Shown: positions 1 to 9,845 of the stretch, in pieces | How the letters are laid out: every line of letters starts with the position of its first letter | Numbering within the stretch: position 1 is the stretch's first letter | Source: a virus | Virus record (IMG/VR): IMGVR_UViG_3300050821_009780 | Span: 32,001-96,000 of that record | Direction: 5' to 3' (one strand) | Length of the DNA: 64,000 nt | Translations under genes and position numbers: made by a program | Notes under the pieces: generated by a model | Seen by the model: the letters and a program-made list of their open reading frames with translations, nothing else | Databases searched by the model: none | What the model was told of the DNA's origin: nothing

Positions 1-3000
1 GCCAGGCCGGCCGGGTGCACGTCGTTGACCCCGGCCCGCTCCACCCCGGTATCCCAGTCCTGGGCGGCCGAGTTGAGCGAGGTCTCCCCCTCCATCGTGG
101 TGATCGTGGCCTGGTCCCCGCTGGAGTTGACGAAGGCGATGATGGCCGGAAGCTGGGTCTTCATGCCGCCGCTGAAGTCGGCGTCGGAGATGGCGGAAGG
201 CGGGGTCCAGCCGATCAGGCCGCGCCCGCCGGAACCGGACGCGGCCGGGTTCCAGCCCGACTCGCCGTCAATGGACGCCACCGCGCCGGCGGCGGCGACC
301 TTGTGGCCGCCGAACAGGTTGGCCAGCAGGTAGCTGTAGCCCTCCTTGGCGTTGGCCAGGTCGGACCCGGTGGCCCCGCCGGCCGCTGCCGCCGCCGCGG
401 CGGCCTTGGCGGCCTGGGCGGCGGAGATGGCCGCCGTGAGCGCGGCGGTGTTCAGGTTCAGGTTGACGGCGAAGGCGGCGCCGCCGGAGGCCAGCCCGGG
501 CACCATCAGGGGCACCATCATGCTGGACCCGTCGCCGCCGACCGCGCCGCCGCCGGCCCACTGCTGACTGGCCGCGATGCCCCGGCTGCCGGCCCCGAGC
601 CAGGAGTCGGCCTGGTTCAGGCGGTGCAGGTAGCCGGGGCCGTACTGCTGCTCCAGCGCCATCCGGGCGGACTTGCGGACCACGAACTCGCCAGGCATGA
701 GCATGGCGTGCACGCTGTCGTGCTCCCCGGCCCCGGCGACGGAGCCGTGCTGCGCCTGGCGGCTGGCCCCGATGGGGCCGCCGGATGCCTTGACGGTGAC
801 GGTGACGTTGCCAGACGCGTTCTTGATGCCGGTGTCGATGTCGTTGGTGATGGCGGTCTCGGCACCCTGGGCGGCGTTCCCCAGCGCGGTGGTAATCGCG
901 GTGCCTGCCTTGGTGACGGCAGCGGGCAGGGTGCTGTTGAAATAGGTATTCATCGGGGTCTCGACCTGACCCACGAACACCAGCATGGCCGAGGCCCAGG
1001 CGGTGCCCCAGGTCGAGACCATCTTGGTGAGGTAGCTGTTCATGGTGACGGTGAAGAACAGCCCGAGCGGGGTCTCCACGGCCTTCTGGAAGTCGGCGGC
1101 GGCGTTGGACCAGGTAGAGGTCCACAGCGCAGCCGTCTTGCTGAAGTACCCGGCGATGGTGACGGTGAAGAACAGCCCGAGCGGGGTGATCACGGCCTTC
1201 TGGAAGTCGCCGGCGGCGTTGGACCAGGAGGTGTTCCACAGCGAGACGGCCTTGTTCAGGTACCCGGACATGGTGACGGTGAAGAACAGCCCGAGCGGGG
1301 TCTCGACCGCCTTCTGGAAGGTGCTGGCGGCGGTGGACCAGGTAGAGGACCAGAGCGCGCCCGCCTTGCTCAGGTAGCCGGCCAGGGTGGAAGTGAAGAA
1401 GGTCTGGACGGGGGTGACGACATCCTTGGCGAAGCTGGTTCCCGCCCCCGTCCACAGCGTGCTCATCTCGGTGGTGGCGCTGCCCGCCCACCCCTTGAGG
1501 CTGCTGGTAAAGAACGTCTGCACGGGCGTGGCGACGTCCTTGGCGAAACTGGTTCCCGAGCCGCTCCAGAGCGTGTTCATCTCGGTCGTGGCCGAGCCGC
1601 TCCAGCCCTTGAGGCTGGAGGTGAAGAAGGTCTGGACCGGGGTAACGACATCCTTGTTGAAGCTGCTCTGCGCGCCGGACCAGAGCGTGCTCATCTCGCT
1701 GGCGGCGCTGCCGGTCCACCCCTTGAGGCTGGAAGTAAAGAACGTCTGGGCCGGGGTAACGACGTCCTTGGCAAACGCGCTCTGCGAACCGGACCACATG
1801 GTGGTCATCTCAGAGCTGGCGCTGCTGCTCCAGCTCTTGAGGCTGGAGGTAAAGAACGTCTGGACGGGGGTGACGACGTCCTTGGTGAACGCCCCCTGGG
1901 AACTCGACCAGGCGGCGCTGACCTCGGTGCCCGCGCTGCCGGTCCAGCCCTTGAGGCTGCTGGTAAAGAACGTCTGCGCCGGGGTGACGACATCCTTGGT
2001 GAACGCGGCCTGCGAGCCAGACCAGGCGGTGCTGACCTCGGTGCCCGCCGTTCCCGCCCACCCCTTGAGACTGGAGGTAAAGAAGGTCTGGGCGGGGGCG
2101 CTGACATCCTTGGCGAACGCGCTCTGCGACCCGGCCCAGGCGGCGGTCACCGAGCTCTGCGCGGTCTTGGCCCAGCCGGGGAGCTGGCTGGCGAAGAAGG
2201 TCTTCGCCGGATCTGCGACGTTCTTGGTCAGGGCCGAGCCGGAAGCGGTCCACAGGGCGGCGACCGAGGCCTGCGCGGCCTTGACCCAGCCGGGGAGCTG
2301 CCCGGTCAGGAGGTTCTTGACCGGGGTCGTCAGGTCGGCGTTGAGCGAGGTGCCGGCCTTGGTCCACATGCCGGCCAGGATGGTGGAGTCCGCCGCGACG
2401 TCCGCCTTGAGCACGCCGCCGAACGCCGTGTTGAACTCCACCCCCATGAGGGTGGCGGCGACCTTCCACAGGTTCGCAATCTGCCCGAGGGCGGTCTGGA
2501 ACTCCCCGACGAGGCCGCCGCCCGCGAAGTGCTGCACGCCGCCCTTGACGGTGCCCGCGGCTGCGGGCTGCGGACCCTGCTTCTTCGCCTGCTGGGCGGC
2601 CATCTGGGCCGGGGTGAGCTGCGCCGTCGTCCCCTTGTGCGCCTGGTTGAGCTGGTCCAGCACGCCGGGGCCGTGCTGCGCCTTCAGCGCGTCGGCGGCG
2701 GGCTTCTGCAGGACGAACTCGCCGGGGGTGAGCATCGCGGGCACGGTGTCGCCCTGGCCCTGGCCGGGGACGTGGCCGCCCGCCGCCTTCTTGACCGGCG
2801 GGGGAGGGCCGCCGCCGGGGAGGCCGGGGAGGCTGCTCCCCGCCCCGGCCGGGATGGAGCCGAAGAGCGTGTTGAAGCTGGCCGCGAAGTTGGCCGCCGC
2901 CTGCGCGCCGGCCTTCGAGAACGCCTGGGTGAGCGGGTTGGTGTTGGCCTGCGGCGTGATGATGGTCTTGTTGATGGTGGCGATTGCCTGGTTGCTGAAG

Positions 3001-6000
3001 CCCAGCGAGTGGAGCAGGGTGTCCAGCTGCGTCAGGTCGGTCTTGGGACTGATGTTCAGCGAGTTGAGGAAATCAATCTGCTGCTTGTTGAGGTTCAGCT
3101 TGTCGTAAGTCTTTTGCAGGTTGTCCTGGAACGTAACGGTGCTTGCCCCGACGACCAGCCCGTCGATAATCTTGATTTGCGCTGTGGTAAGACCCAGGTT
3201 GCTCAGCAGCTTGTTAACCGACTGCAAATTAGCACCCGGCTTAATCTGCATCTGGTTGATTTTATCGATTATGCCCTGGGGAAGACCGAGGTCATGGAGA
3301 ACGGTGTTCAAGTCGTTCTGGAACGGGGTCATATTCGGGTTGATAACCTGAGCATTGATTTTCCCGATTTCCGTCGGGGTCAGCTTCAGGTCGGACAGCA
3401 TTTTATCCAGCTGGGTCAGGTCGGTCTTGGGCGTCAGCTGGAGCTTGTCCACCGCCTGTATCTGGGCCGGGGTCAGCCCGATCTGCTTGAAGAACGTGTT
3501 CCAGGCGGTGAAGTTGGTCCCCGGCCCGATGATCAGCTTGTTGATGGCGGCGATGTTCTTCTGCGATATCCCGAGGCTCGACAGCCAGGCATCGTAGACG
3601 TGGAAGTCGGTCTTCGGCCCGATCGTGAACTTGTTGATGGCGGTGATCTGGGCCGGGGTCAGGCCGAGCTTGACGTAGTAGTTGTCGAAGGCCTGCGCCC
3701 CGACCGGCGGCGCGATGACCATTGCATCGATCTTGGAAATGGCGGCCGGGGTCAGGTGCAGCTGGCTGAGCAGCTTGTTGATGTCGGTAAGGTTGGCGCC
3801 CGGCTTGATAACCAGCGCGTTGACGGCGGATATCTGCTTGGGAGTGAGCTTCAGGGTGTTGAGGTAGGCGTCGATGGCGGTCGTGCTGACCGGGACGTGC
3901 ATAATGAGCTGGTTGATAGCGGCGACCTGCGGCGGAAGGAGCCCTATCTTCGCCAGCATGGCGTCGATGGCGGTCACGCTGGTGGTCGGGGCAATCCGCA
4001 GCTTGTTGATCGCAGTTATCTTCTGGATGGACACGCCCGTGTGCGCGGCCAGCTCGTCGATTCCGGCCCAGTCCACCTGGGGCTTGATGACCTGCTTGTT
4101 GGCCGCGACGACGTTATCCGACCAGAGGGTCAGCGCAGTCTGCCGGGCCACGCCCATCGCGCTCAGGGTGGTCAGGAACTCGGCCTTGGCCTGGGCCATC
4201 CCCGTCGGGGTGGTCCCGTACACGGCAATCAGCGCGTTGGCGATGGCGTTGGCACCGGTGATGTCCTGGGGGGAGATGATCCCCTGCTTGAGCTGATCCT
4301 GGGCCGAGTGGATGGTCGTCTCGAAGTTCGCGACGGCCTTGGTCATGCCCGGCATGTTGACCAGCGCCGCGCCGATCGCCTGGTTGAGGTCGGTGTTGAC
4401 GGCGGCAGCCAGGTTGATGGTGTCCTGCTGCAGGTTGGACGACGAGGTCTCCAGGTACCCGACCTGCTTGTTGAGGTCCGCCGTCGTCTTGGACGCCTGC
4501 TGGTTGCCGCCCGACCACTTCACCAGGGCCGCGTAGGTGTCCGCCCCGGTGTAGCCCATCTGCTGCGCCAGGGCGTAGGCGGCGTTGGTCGCCTCCTTCG
4601 AGCCGTCGCCCTGGGCCAGCAGCACGTTGACCATGTCCTGCCCGGCGTGCTGCAGGGAGCCGTAGGACGCGGCGGTGTTGCCGGCGGCGGCGTTCTGCAG
4701 CTGGAGCTGGCTGTAGAGTCCCTGCGCCGCAGTGGCGTTCTGCTCCCAGGACTGGCGCAGCGTGAGGCTGTTGGCGTTCAGCCCGGTCATGGACGCGCCG
4801 GCCGCCTTGGCGTTCGTGCTGACGGTGTTGATGCCCGTCAGGAACGTCTCCAGCTTGGTCTCGCCGCCGGTGACCATGGTGTAGAACTGGGTGAAGTCGC
4901 CGGTGAGGGTGGTGATCTGGCTGTTGGTGGTCTCGCTGGCCAGGGCGACGGCGTCGATGGAGTTGCCGACCTGGTTCATGTGAGTCGAGACCTGGTAGCC
5001 GGCGACCCCCATGTTGGTCCAGCCGGTGACCAGCGCGTTGACCTTGCTTATCTGGACCGACATGCTGTCGGTGACCTTGACCCCGGCCAGGTCCATCAGG
5101 GCGAACGCCTGGTCGCCGGTCACCCCGAACTTCTTCATGCTGTACGAGACCGTCTGGATGGCGGCGTCCCACCGGTCGTTATCCGCGACCAGGGCCGCGT
5201 AAGCGGCGCCGCTCTGCGCCTTCAGCTGCTGGAACGACCCGAACAGGTCGGTGATGGCGCTCTGGAAGTGCCCCGAGGTGATGTCGCCCCAGAAGCTGAC
5301 GGCACCCCCGGCTCCCGTCTGGTTGACCGGCTGGTTGAGCTCCTGCCGCAGCACGCCGTACTGCGTGCCGAGCTTCTGCATGTCGGTCTGGAGCTGACTG
5401 AACCCCTGGGCGGCGTTGAGGTTGTTCAGCTGGGTGTTCATGGCGGAGATCTCGGCCGGGATCGCGCCGCTGGCCTTGTTGAACTGGTAGAACTCGTAGG
5501 CCGCGCCGCCGACGGCACCGGCGATGGCGAGCCAGGCCCCGGCCGAGATGCCGGCCAGCGCCCCACCGATCTTCTGGATGGTGCCGCCGAGCCCGGCCGC
5601 CTCCGGCTCGGCGTCCTTGGCAGCGCCGCCCAGCTTGGCGACGCCCGACTCCAGCTGGCTCACGTTCGCGCCGCCGACCAGGGCCATGGAGGCGGTGGCC
5701 TTCTCCACGCCGCCCAGCCCGGACATCGCGGCCTGGGTCTCCGGGGTAATCTTCCCCAGGTCGGCCGCCAGGCCCTCGGCGCTCTTGCCGGATGCCGCGA
5801 CGGAGATGGCCGCGGCGGCAGCCTGCTTGTCGGTCAGCCCGAACGCGTCGGCCAGGGCCTGGACATCGCTGTTCTGCGACGTGACCTTGACCATCTGGTC
5901 GTAGGTCAGGCCCAGGTTCCCGGCCATGGCCAGGGCGGCGCTGTCGCCCTTGGCGAACAGGGTGCCGATGTTCTCCAGTTCCGGGGTGAGCTGCCCCATC

Positions 6001-9000
6001 TGGATCAGCTTGGCGTTGGACGCGCCGACCGAGCTGGCGAGCCCGCCGAAGACGTTGCTGCCGCCCGTGATCTTGGCGACCAGGCCGCCGAACTGGGTGA
6101 TGAGGGTGCCCGTGTACCGGGTCAGGTCGATGAGGGCGGTGGAGAGCAGCCCGCCGTAGTGGACGACGGCGAAGACGGCGATGCCGAAGGCAATCACCTG
6201 CGGGCCCATGGCGTTCATGGCCTTGGCCAGCAGCGAGAAGGCGTAGGCGAGTCCCTCGAAGAGCAGCTCGGAGACGTGGGTCATCTGCCCGGCCTGGAGG
6301 AACTCGGCCCCGATCTTGAGGATGGAACCGCCGATGGAGCCGAGGATCTTCAGGTCGTTGACGGCGGTCTCGATGAGACCGGACAGCTGCCCCGAGTGGG
6401 AAGTGAGCGCCTGATCTACCTTGATGAAGGTGTCGGTGATGAAGGTGCCGGTCTTCTGGGCAACCCCCTGCATCAGGCCGAGGACGCTGGTGAACGTCTG
6501 GCCGAACGCCTTGATGGGCGCGGTCTTCTGGGTCAGGGCGTCGATGGCGGCCCCGTACATGGTGACCACGGTCGGGGCCATGGCCGCCTGGATGGACCGG
6601 ATGGTCACCGGCATGGGCTTCATGGTCGAGTCGAGCGTGCCCATCTTGGTGCTCAGCGGGCCGATGTGATCGGTGCCGAGCACGTCCGCGCCGGTGCCGA
6701 GGGCGTCCAGCGCGGTGTGCAGCCCCTGGACGTGCGCGAGCAGGTCCAGGACGGACGGCTCGGCGGCGACGCCGAACGCGCCGAGGGCGGTGCCGGCGGC
6801 GATGACCGCGGGCACCAGGACGATGAAGAAGTCGATCAGGGTGTGCAGGGCGACGGCCCACACGCTGATGGTGGCGGCGAACGGGATGCTCTTGAACGCC
6901 CCGCCGAACAGGGTCAGGTCCTTGGTCCAGCCGCCCCAGGCGGCGATGGCGAGGTTGACCAGGCCGGTGGTCTTGGCTACGGAGGCGCCGCCCTGGTCTA
7001 CGGACTGCGTGGCGCCATCCTGCGCGTTCTTGACGAGGAGGGCGGCGGCTGCCGCGTTCTTGGCCGCTTCGGCAGCGCTCATCGTGGACTGGCCGAGCTT
7101 GTCGTAGCTGCCGGAGGCCCCGCTGACGGCGTCCCCGGCCTGCTGCGCGGCCAGCGCCTCGGCGACCATGCTCTTGGCGAACTGCGCCGCCGTCGGCGGC
7201 CCCTGGGCCTGGAGGCCGAACCAGTGCTCGTACTGCGCGGCGTTGGACTCCAGCGCAGCACCGTTCGCGTTCAGCGCGGCATCGGCCTGCTGCACCACCG
7301 GGATGAACCGGGCCATGGACAGCTCGCCGGACTGCACGGAGCCGACGAACCGGGTCCAGTCCACGTCGTTCGCGGCACTGCCGACCTGCTTCAGCGCGGC
7401 GGCGTCGGCCATGGCAGCGGCGGCGTTGGCGTTGAACCCCTTGGCCGAATCGTCGGCGTCGGTGCCGGCCGTCTGGGCGGCCTTTCCCGCGGCCAGCAGC
7501 GCGGCCTGGGTGTACAGCTGGCGGTTGCCCAGGTCGGTGGTGGCCTGGCCCATCTTCGCCAGCTTGGCGGACGCCTCGTCGGCCGACATGCCGGTGGCCA
7601 GGAACGCGTCGGCCAGCTTCCTGGCGGCGGCGGCCTGGATGCCGGCGGAATCACTGGTGAACTTGGCGGCGTTGGAGGCCCGCGCGGCCTCGTAGTCGAA
7701 GGAGTCGCCCGCCTGGTGAATCTCGTCGGCGGCACCGTGCACGGCCCCGCCCAGCCGGGTCCAGGCGGCATCGTCGTTAGGGTTGGGTGCCGACTTGTCC
7801 ACGTCACTGCCCAGCGTGGACAGCACGGCCTCAGCCTGCCGGACAACAGGGATGAACCGGGCCATGGACAGCTCGCCGGACTGCACGGAGCCGACGAACC
7901 GGGTCCAGGCGGCATCATCCGCCGGGTTGGGCGCGGCCTTGGCCAGGGCGGCGGCTTGCTCGGCCAGGGCGGCGTCGGCCTGCTTCACCACCGGGATGAA
8001 CCGGGCCATGGACAGCTGGCCGGACTGGACCAGAGCGATGAACTTCGCCCAGTCGTCGTCATCCGCCGGGGTGGGGACCGGGATGTCCGGCGGAGGCCCG
8101 CCGCCGCCCCCGGCGTGGCCGGCCGTGACCAGTTCCTCGGTGACCAGCTCGGTGACGTGATCGTTGGCGTGAAGGCGGGCCTGGAACGCCATCCACTCGG
8201 CGATGGCCTTGTTGATGCCCGTCAGCTGGACGGCGGTCTTGGCGTAATCGGGAACCTCGTTCAGCTTGGCAATCCAGGCTTCCAGCTGGGCCTTGGCCTG
8301 GTCGTCGGTGAACCGGGCGGTGGTGTCGAGCACCTCGGGGACGATGCCCAGGTCGCGGAGCCAGATCTCCAGGTCTCCCTCGGCCGCTGCCGCGCTGAAG
8401 ACGGCGTTCACGGTGACGCTATCCGGGAGCGCCTCCAGCTGGGCTATCAGGGCGGTGAGATCGGCCTTGGCCTTCTCGTCGTCGAAGACCACCCGGACGG
8501 TCACCTCGGCGGGAACGGACCGCAGCTGGGCCAGCAGCGCGGCGAGGTCATCCTTGGACGCCCGGTCGTTGAAGACCGCGTTGATGGTGACGTTCTCGTT
8601 CTCCGGGGTCTTGCCGACCGCGATAAGCGACGTGGTGATGTGCTCGGGGATGCTGTGGAGCACGGACTTCCACAGCGCGACGTCGGCCAGGCCCTGCTCC
8701 GGGTCGGCCTTCAGCTCGGTGGTAACCGAGGTCGGCACCCCGGCCAGGGCGGAGTTCAGGGCCTGCGCCCCGGCGACGCTGCCCTCCTCGCCCAGCTGGG
8801 TAACGGACTTGTGGGTACCCTCGATCGCGTTGTAGTAGGCGAGGGCGGCGTCGGTGTTGGACTTGTACAGCGCCGCCCGGCGCTCCAGCTCGGCGTTGAA
8901 GTCACGGTACAGGGCGGTCTGCTTCTGCAGGTACTGCAGGTACTGGTCGGCGGTGAAGTACCCGGCCCACTCGGCACGGTTCATGAGGAGCTTCTGGGTG

Positions 9001-9710
9001 TACTCGGTCTGGCGCCACGCGTAAGCCTGCTGGGGCGTGGTGAACATGAGCCAGCGCTGCCGGTTCAGCAGCGTCTCGTACTCCAGCTCCTTGCGCATGT
9101 CGGCCAGGTGCGTGCCCATGTCCGACCGTCCGCCGAACAGCGACTGCTCGTTGTACCGCTTGTAAGCATCCGACGTCGTGTTAACGGCGGCGGTCTCATC
9201 CTTTAGTACACTTATTTCTTCCTTGCGGACGGAGATAAGCCGCTGCTCGTCCGATATCTCGTCAACAACAGCCCGGTCCAGCTTCTCCAGCGTGCTGGTG
9301 ACATTCCGGTACGCCTCGTCGGTCGCCGTGACCTTGTTTACCGTCTCGTCCCGGACGGTAAACGAAGAAATAGTATCCTTGTACCGCTTATAGGACTCAC
9401 TGGCCAGGTCAACGGCCGACACTTCTTCTTTAAGTCCGTCAAGAACAGAACTGTGGTAGCTCTTGTAAGAAGCAGCAAGGGCCTCAATCGAATTCTTCTG
9501 CAGCTTCAGCGACTCGATTGAGGTGTCGCTGTAGTCCTTGGATGCCGCCGCCAGCGAGTCAAGTGCAGTCCGCTCCTCGGTGAGCTTGCTGATCTCATCC
9601 TTGTGAGCGTCTACCAGCTTCTGGTACTCGGCAGTCTGCGCCTTAGCGGCGTCGCCTCCGGCCTTTCCCAGTGCCTCCAGGGCAGCCTTAGCCTCGGCTG
9701 CCTTGCGCAT
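1..9710 (-). CDS. Tape measure protein, 3' partial, >3200 aa, with a phage-tail-lysozyme-like domain at the window edge
   Basis: Open minus frame from a TGA at 9752-9750 to the window edge. It is missing from the ORF track because it has no stop; + ORF 15..9206 is its antisense shadow. Ala-rich, with W/F-spaced repeats, two GDTVPAMLTPGEFV-type motifs and AAAGAVASIDGESGWNP..GLIGW..VERAG near 1-340. It follows the tail chaperones. First in-frame ATG is 9710; true start may be 9781 (see findings). Confidence 0.93.
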   Translation of the reverse strand, partial: MRKAAEAKAALEALGKAGGDAAKAQTAEYQKLVDAHKDEISKLTEERTALDSLAAASKDYSDTSIESLKLQKNSIEALAASYKSYHSSVLDGLKEEVSAVDLASESYKRYKDTISSFTVRDETVNKVTATDEAYRNVTSTLEKLDRAVVDEISDEQRLISVRKEEISVLKDETAAVNTTSDAYKRYNEQSLFGGRSDMGTHLADMRKELEYETLLNRQRWLMFTTPQQAYAWRQTEYTQKLLMNRAEWAGYFTADQYLQYLQKQTALYRDFNAELERRAALYKSNTDAALAYYNAIEGTHKSVTQLGEEGSVAGAQALNSALAGVPTSVTTELKADPEQGLADVALWKSVLHSIPEHITTSLIAVGKTPENENVTINAVFNDRASKDDLAALLAQLRSVPAEVTVRVVFDDEKAKADLTALIAQLEALPDSVTVNAVFSAAAAEGDLEIWLRDLGIVPEVLDTTARFTDDQAKAQLEAWIAKLNEVPDYAKTAVQLTGINKAIAEWMAFQARLHANDHVTELVTEELVTAGHAGGGGGPPPDIPVPTPADDDDWAKFIALVQSGQLSMARFIPVVKQADAALAEQAAALAKAAPNPADDAAWTRFVGSVQSGELSMARFIPVVRQAEAVLSTLGSDVDKSAPNPNDDAAWTRLGGAVHGAADEIHQAGDSFDYEAARASNAAKFTSDSAGIQAAAARKLADAFLATGMSADEASAKLAKMGQATTDLGNRQLYTQAALLAAGKAAQTAGTDADDSAKGFNANAAAAMADAAALKQVGSAANDVDWTRFVGSVQSGELSMARFIPVVQQADAALNANGAALESNAAQYEHWFGLQAQGPPTAAQFAKSMVAEALAAQQAGDAVSGASGSYDKLGQSTMSAAEAAKNAAAAALLVKNAQDGATQSVDQGGASVAKTTGLVNLAIAAWGGWTKDLTLFGGAFKSIPFAATISVWAVALHTLIDFFIVLVPAVIAAGTALGAFGVAAEPSVLDLLAHVQGLHTALDALGTGADVLGTDHIGPLSTKMGTLDSTMKPMPVTIRSIQAAMAPTVVTMYGAAIDALTQKTAPIKAFGQTFTSVLGLMQGVAQKTGTFITDTFIKVDQALTSHSGQLSGLIETAVNDLKILGSIGGSILKIGAEFLQAGQMTHVSELLFEGLAYAFSLLAKAMNAMGPQVIAFGIAVFAVVHYGGLLSTALIDLTRYTGTLITQFGGLVAKITGGSNVFGGLASSVGASNAKLIQMGQLTPELENIGTLFAKGDSAALAMAGNLGLTYDQMVKVTSQNSDVQALADAFGLTDKQAAAAAISVAASGKSAEGLAADLGKITPETQAAMSGLGGVEKATASMALVGGANVSQLESGVAKLGGAAKDAEPEAAGLGGTIQKIGGALAGISAGAWLAIAGAVGGAAYEFYQFNKASGAIPAEISAMNTQLNNLNAAQGFSQLQTDMQKLGTQYGVLRQELNQPVNQTGAGGAVSFWGDITSGHFQSAITDLFGSFQQLKAQSGAAYAALVADNDRWDAAIQTVSYSMKKFGVTGDQAFALMDLAGVKVTDSMSVQISKVNALVTGWTNMGVAGYQVSTHMNQVGNSIDAVALASETTNSQITTLTGDFTQFYTMVTGGETKLETFLTGINTVSTNAKAAGASMTGLNANSLTLRQSWEQNATAAQGLYSQLQLQNAAAGNTAASYGSLQHAGQDMVNVLLAQGDGSKEATNAAYALAQQMGYTGADTYAALVKWSGGNQQASKTTADLNKQVGYLETSSSNLQQDTINLAAAVNTDLNQAIGAALVNMPGMTKAVANFETTIHSAQDQLKQGIISPQDITGANAIANALIAVYGTTPTGMAQAKAEFLTTLSAMGVARQTALTLWSDNVVAANKQVIKPQVDWAGIDELAAHTGVSIQKITAINKLRIAPTTSVTAIDAMLAKIGLLPPQVAAINQLIMHVPVSTTAIDAYLNTLKLTPKQISAVNALVIKPGANLTDINKLLSQLHLTPAAISKIDAMVIAPPVGAQAFDNYYVKLGLTPAQITAINKFTIGPKTDFHVYDAWLSSLGISQKNIAAINKLIIGPGTNFTAWNTFFKQIGLTPAQIQAVDKLQLTPKTDLTQLDKMLSDLKLTPTEIGKINAQVINPNMTPFQNDLNTVLHDLGLPQGIIDKINQMQIKPGANLQSVNKLLSNLGLTTAQIKIIDGLVVGASTVTFQDNLQKTYDKLNLNKQQIDFLNSLNISPKTDLTQLDTLLHSLGFSNQAIATINKTIITPQANTNPLTQAFSKAGAQAAANFAASFNTLFGSIPAGAGSSLPGLPGGGPPPPVKKAAGGHVPGQGQGDTVPAMLTPGEFVLQKPAADALKAQHGPGVLDQLNQAHKGTTAQLTPAQMAAQQAKKQGPQPAAAGTVKGGVQHFAGGGLVGEFQTALGQIANLWKVAATLMGVEFNTAFGGVLKADVAADSTILAGMWTKAGTSLNADLTTPVKNLLTGQLPGWVKAAQASVAALWTASGSALTKNVADPAKTFFASQLPGWAKTAQSSVTAAWAGSQSAFAKDVSAPAQTFFTSSLKGWAGTAGTEVSTAWSGSQAAFTKDVVTPAQTFFTSSLKGWTGSAGTEVSAAWSSSQGAFTKDVVTPVQTFFTSSLKSWSSSASSEMTTMWSGSQSAFAKDVVTPAQTFFTSSLKGWTGSAASEMSTLWSGAQSSFNKDVVTPVQTFFTSSLKGWSGSATTEMNTLWSGSGTSFAKDVATPVQTFFTSSLKGWAGSATTEMSTLWTGAGTSFAKDVVTPVQTFFTSTLAGYLSKAGALWSSTWSTAASTFQKAVETPLGLFFTVTMSGYLNKAVSLWNTSWSNAAGDFQKAVITPLGLFFTVTIAGYFSKTAALWTSTWSNAAADFQKAVETPLGLFFTVTMNSYLTKMVSTWGTAWASAMLVFVGQVETPMNTYFNSTLPAAVTKAGTAITTALGNAAQGAETAITNDIDTGIKNASGNVTVTVKASGGPIGASRQAQHGSVAGAGEHDSVHAMLMPGEFVVRKSARMALEQQYGPGYLHRLNQADSWLGAGSRGIAASQQWAGGGAVGGDGSSMMVPLMVPGLASGGAAFAVNLNLNTAALTAAISAAQAAKAAAAAAAAGGATGSDLANAKEGYSYLLANLFGGHKVAAAGAVASIDGESGWNPAASGSGGRGLIGWTPPSAISDADFSGGMKTQLPAIIAFVNSSGDQATITTMEGETSLNSAAQDWDTGVERAGVNDVHPAGL
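1040..2130 (-). repeat. Tandem coding repeats in the tape measure gene (about 36-aa and 40-aa units)
   Basis: Recurring ggtgacggtgaagaacagcccgagcgggg at 108-nt spacing, and ttgaggctg..gt(a/g)aagaa at 120-nt spacing (FFTVT / FFTSSLKGW units). Confidence 0.85.
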
Positions 9711-9845
9711 GAGGTCGCCGAAATCGGCAATTGCTTTATAAAGGACAACTCAGGAGGTAACCAGTATTCCTCTCCGGCCATAACTCAGCCGCCAGGGAAT
9801 ACTGCAACAGGGTGGAATTCACCCCGGCTCACCTCCCTCCTCCAC

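Noticed and set aside
1040-2130. CRISPR-like periodic repeats
   Set aside because: Periods are multiples of 3, degenerate at third positions and inside a CDS; no cas genes.
15-9206. 3063-aa plus-strand ORF
   Set aside because: Codon-register antisense shadow of the tape measure gene; high GC3 removes stops; composition is not protein-like.
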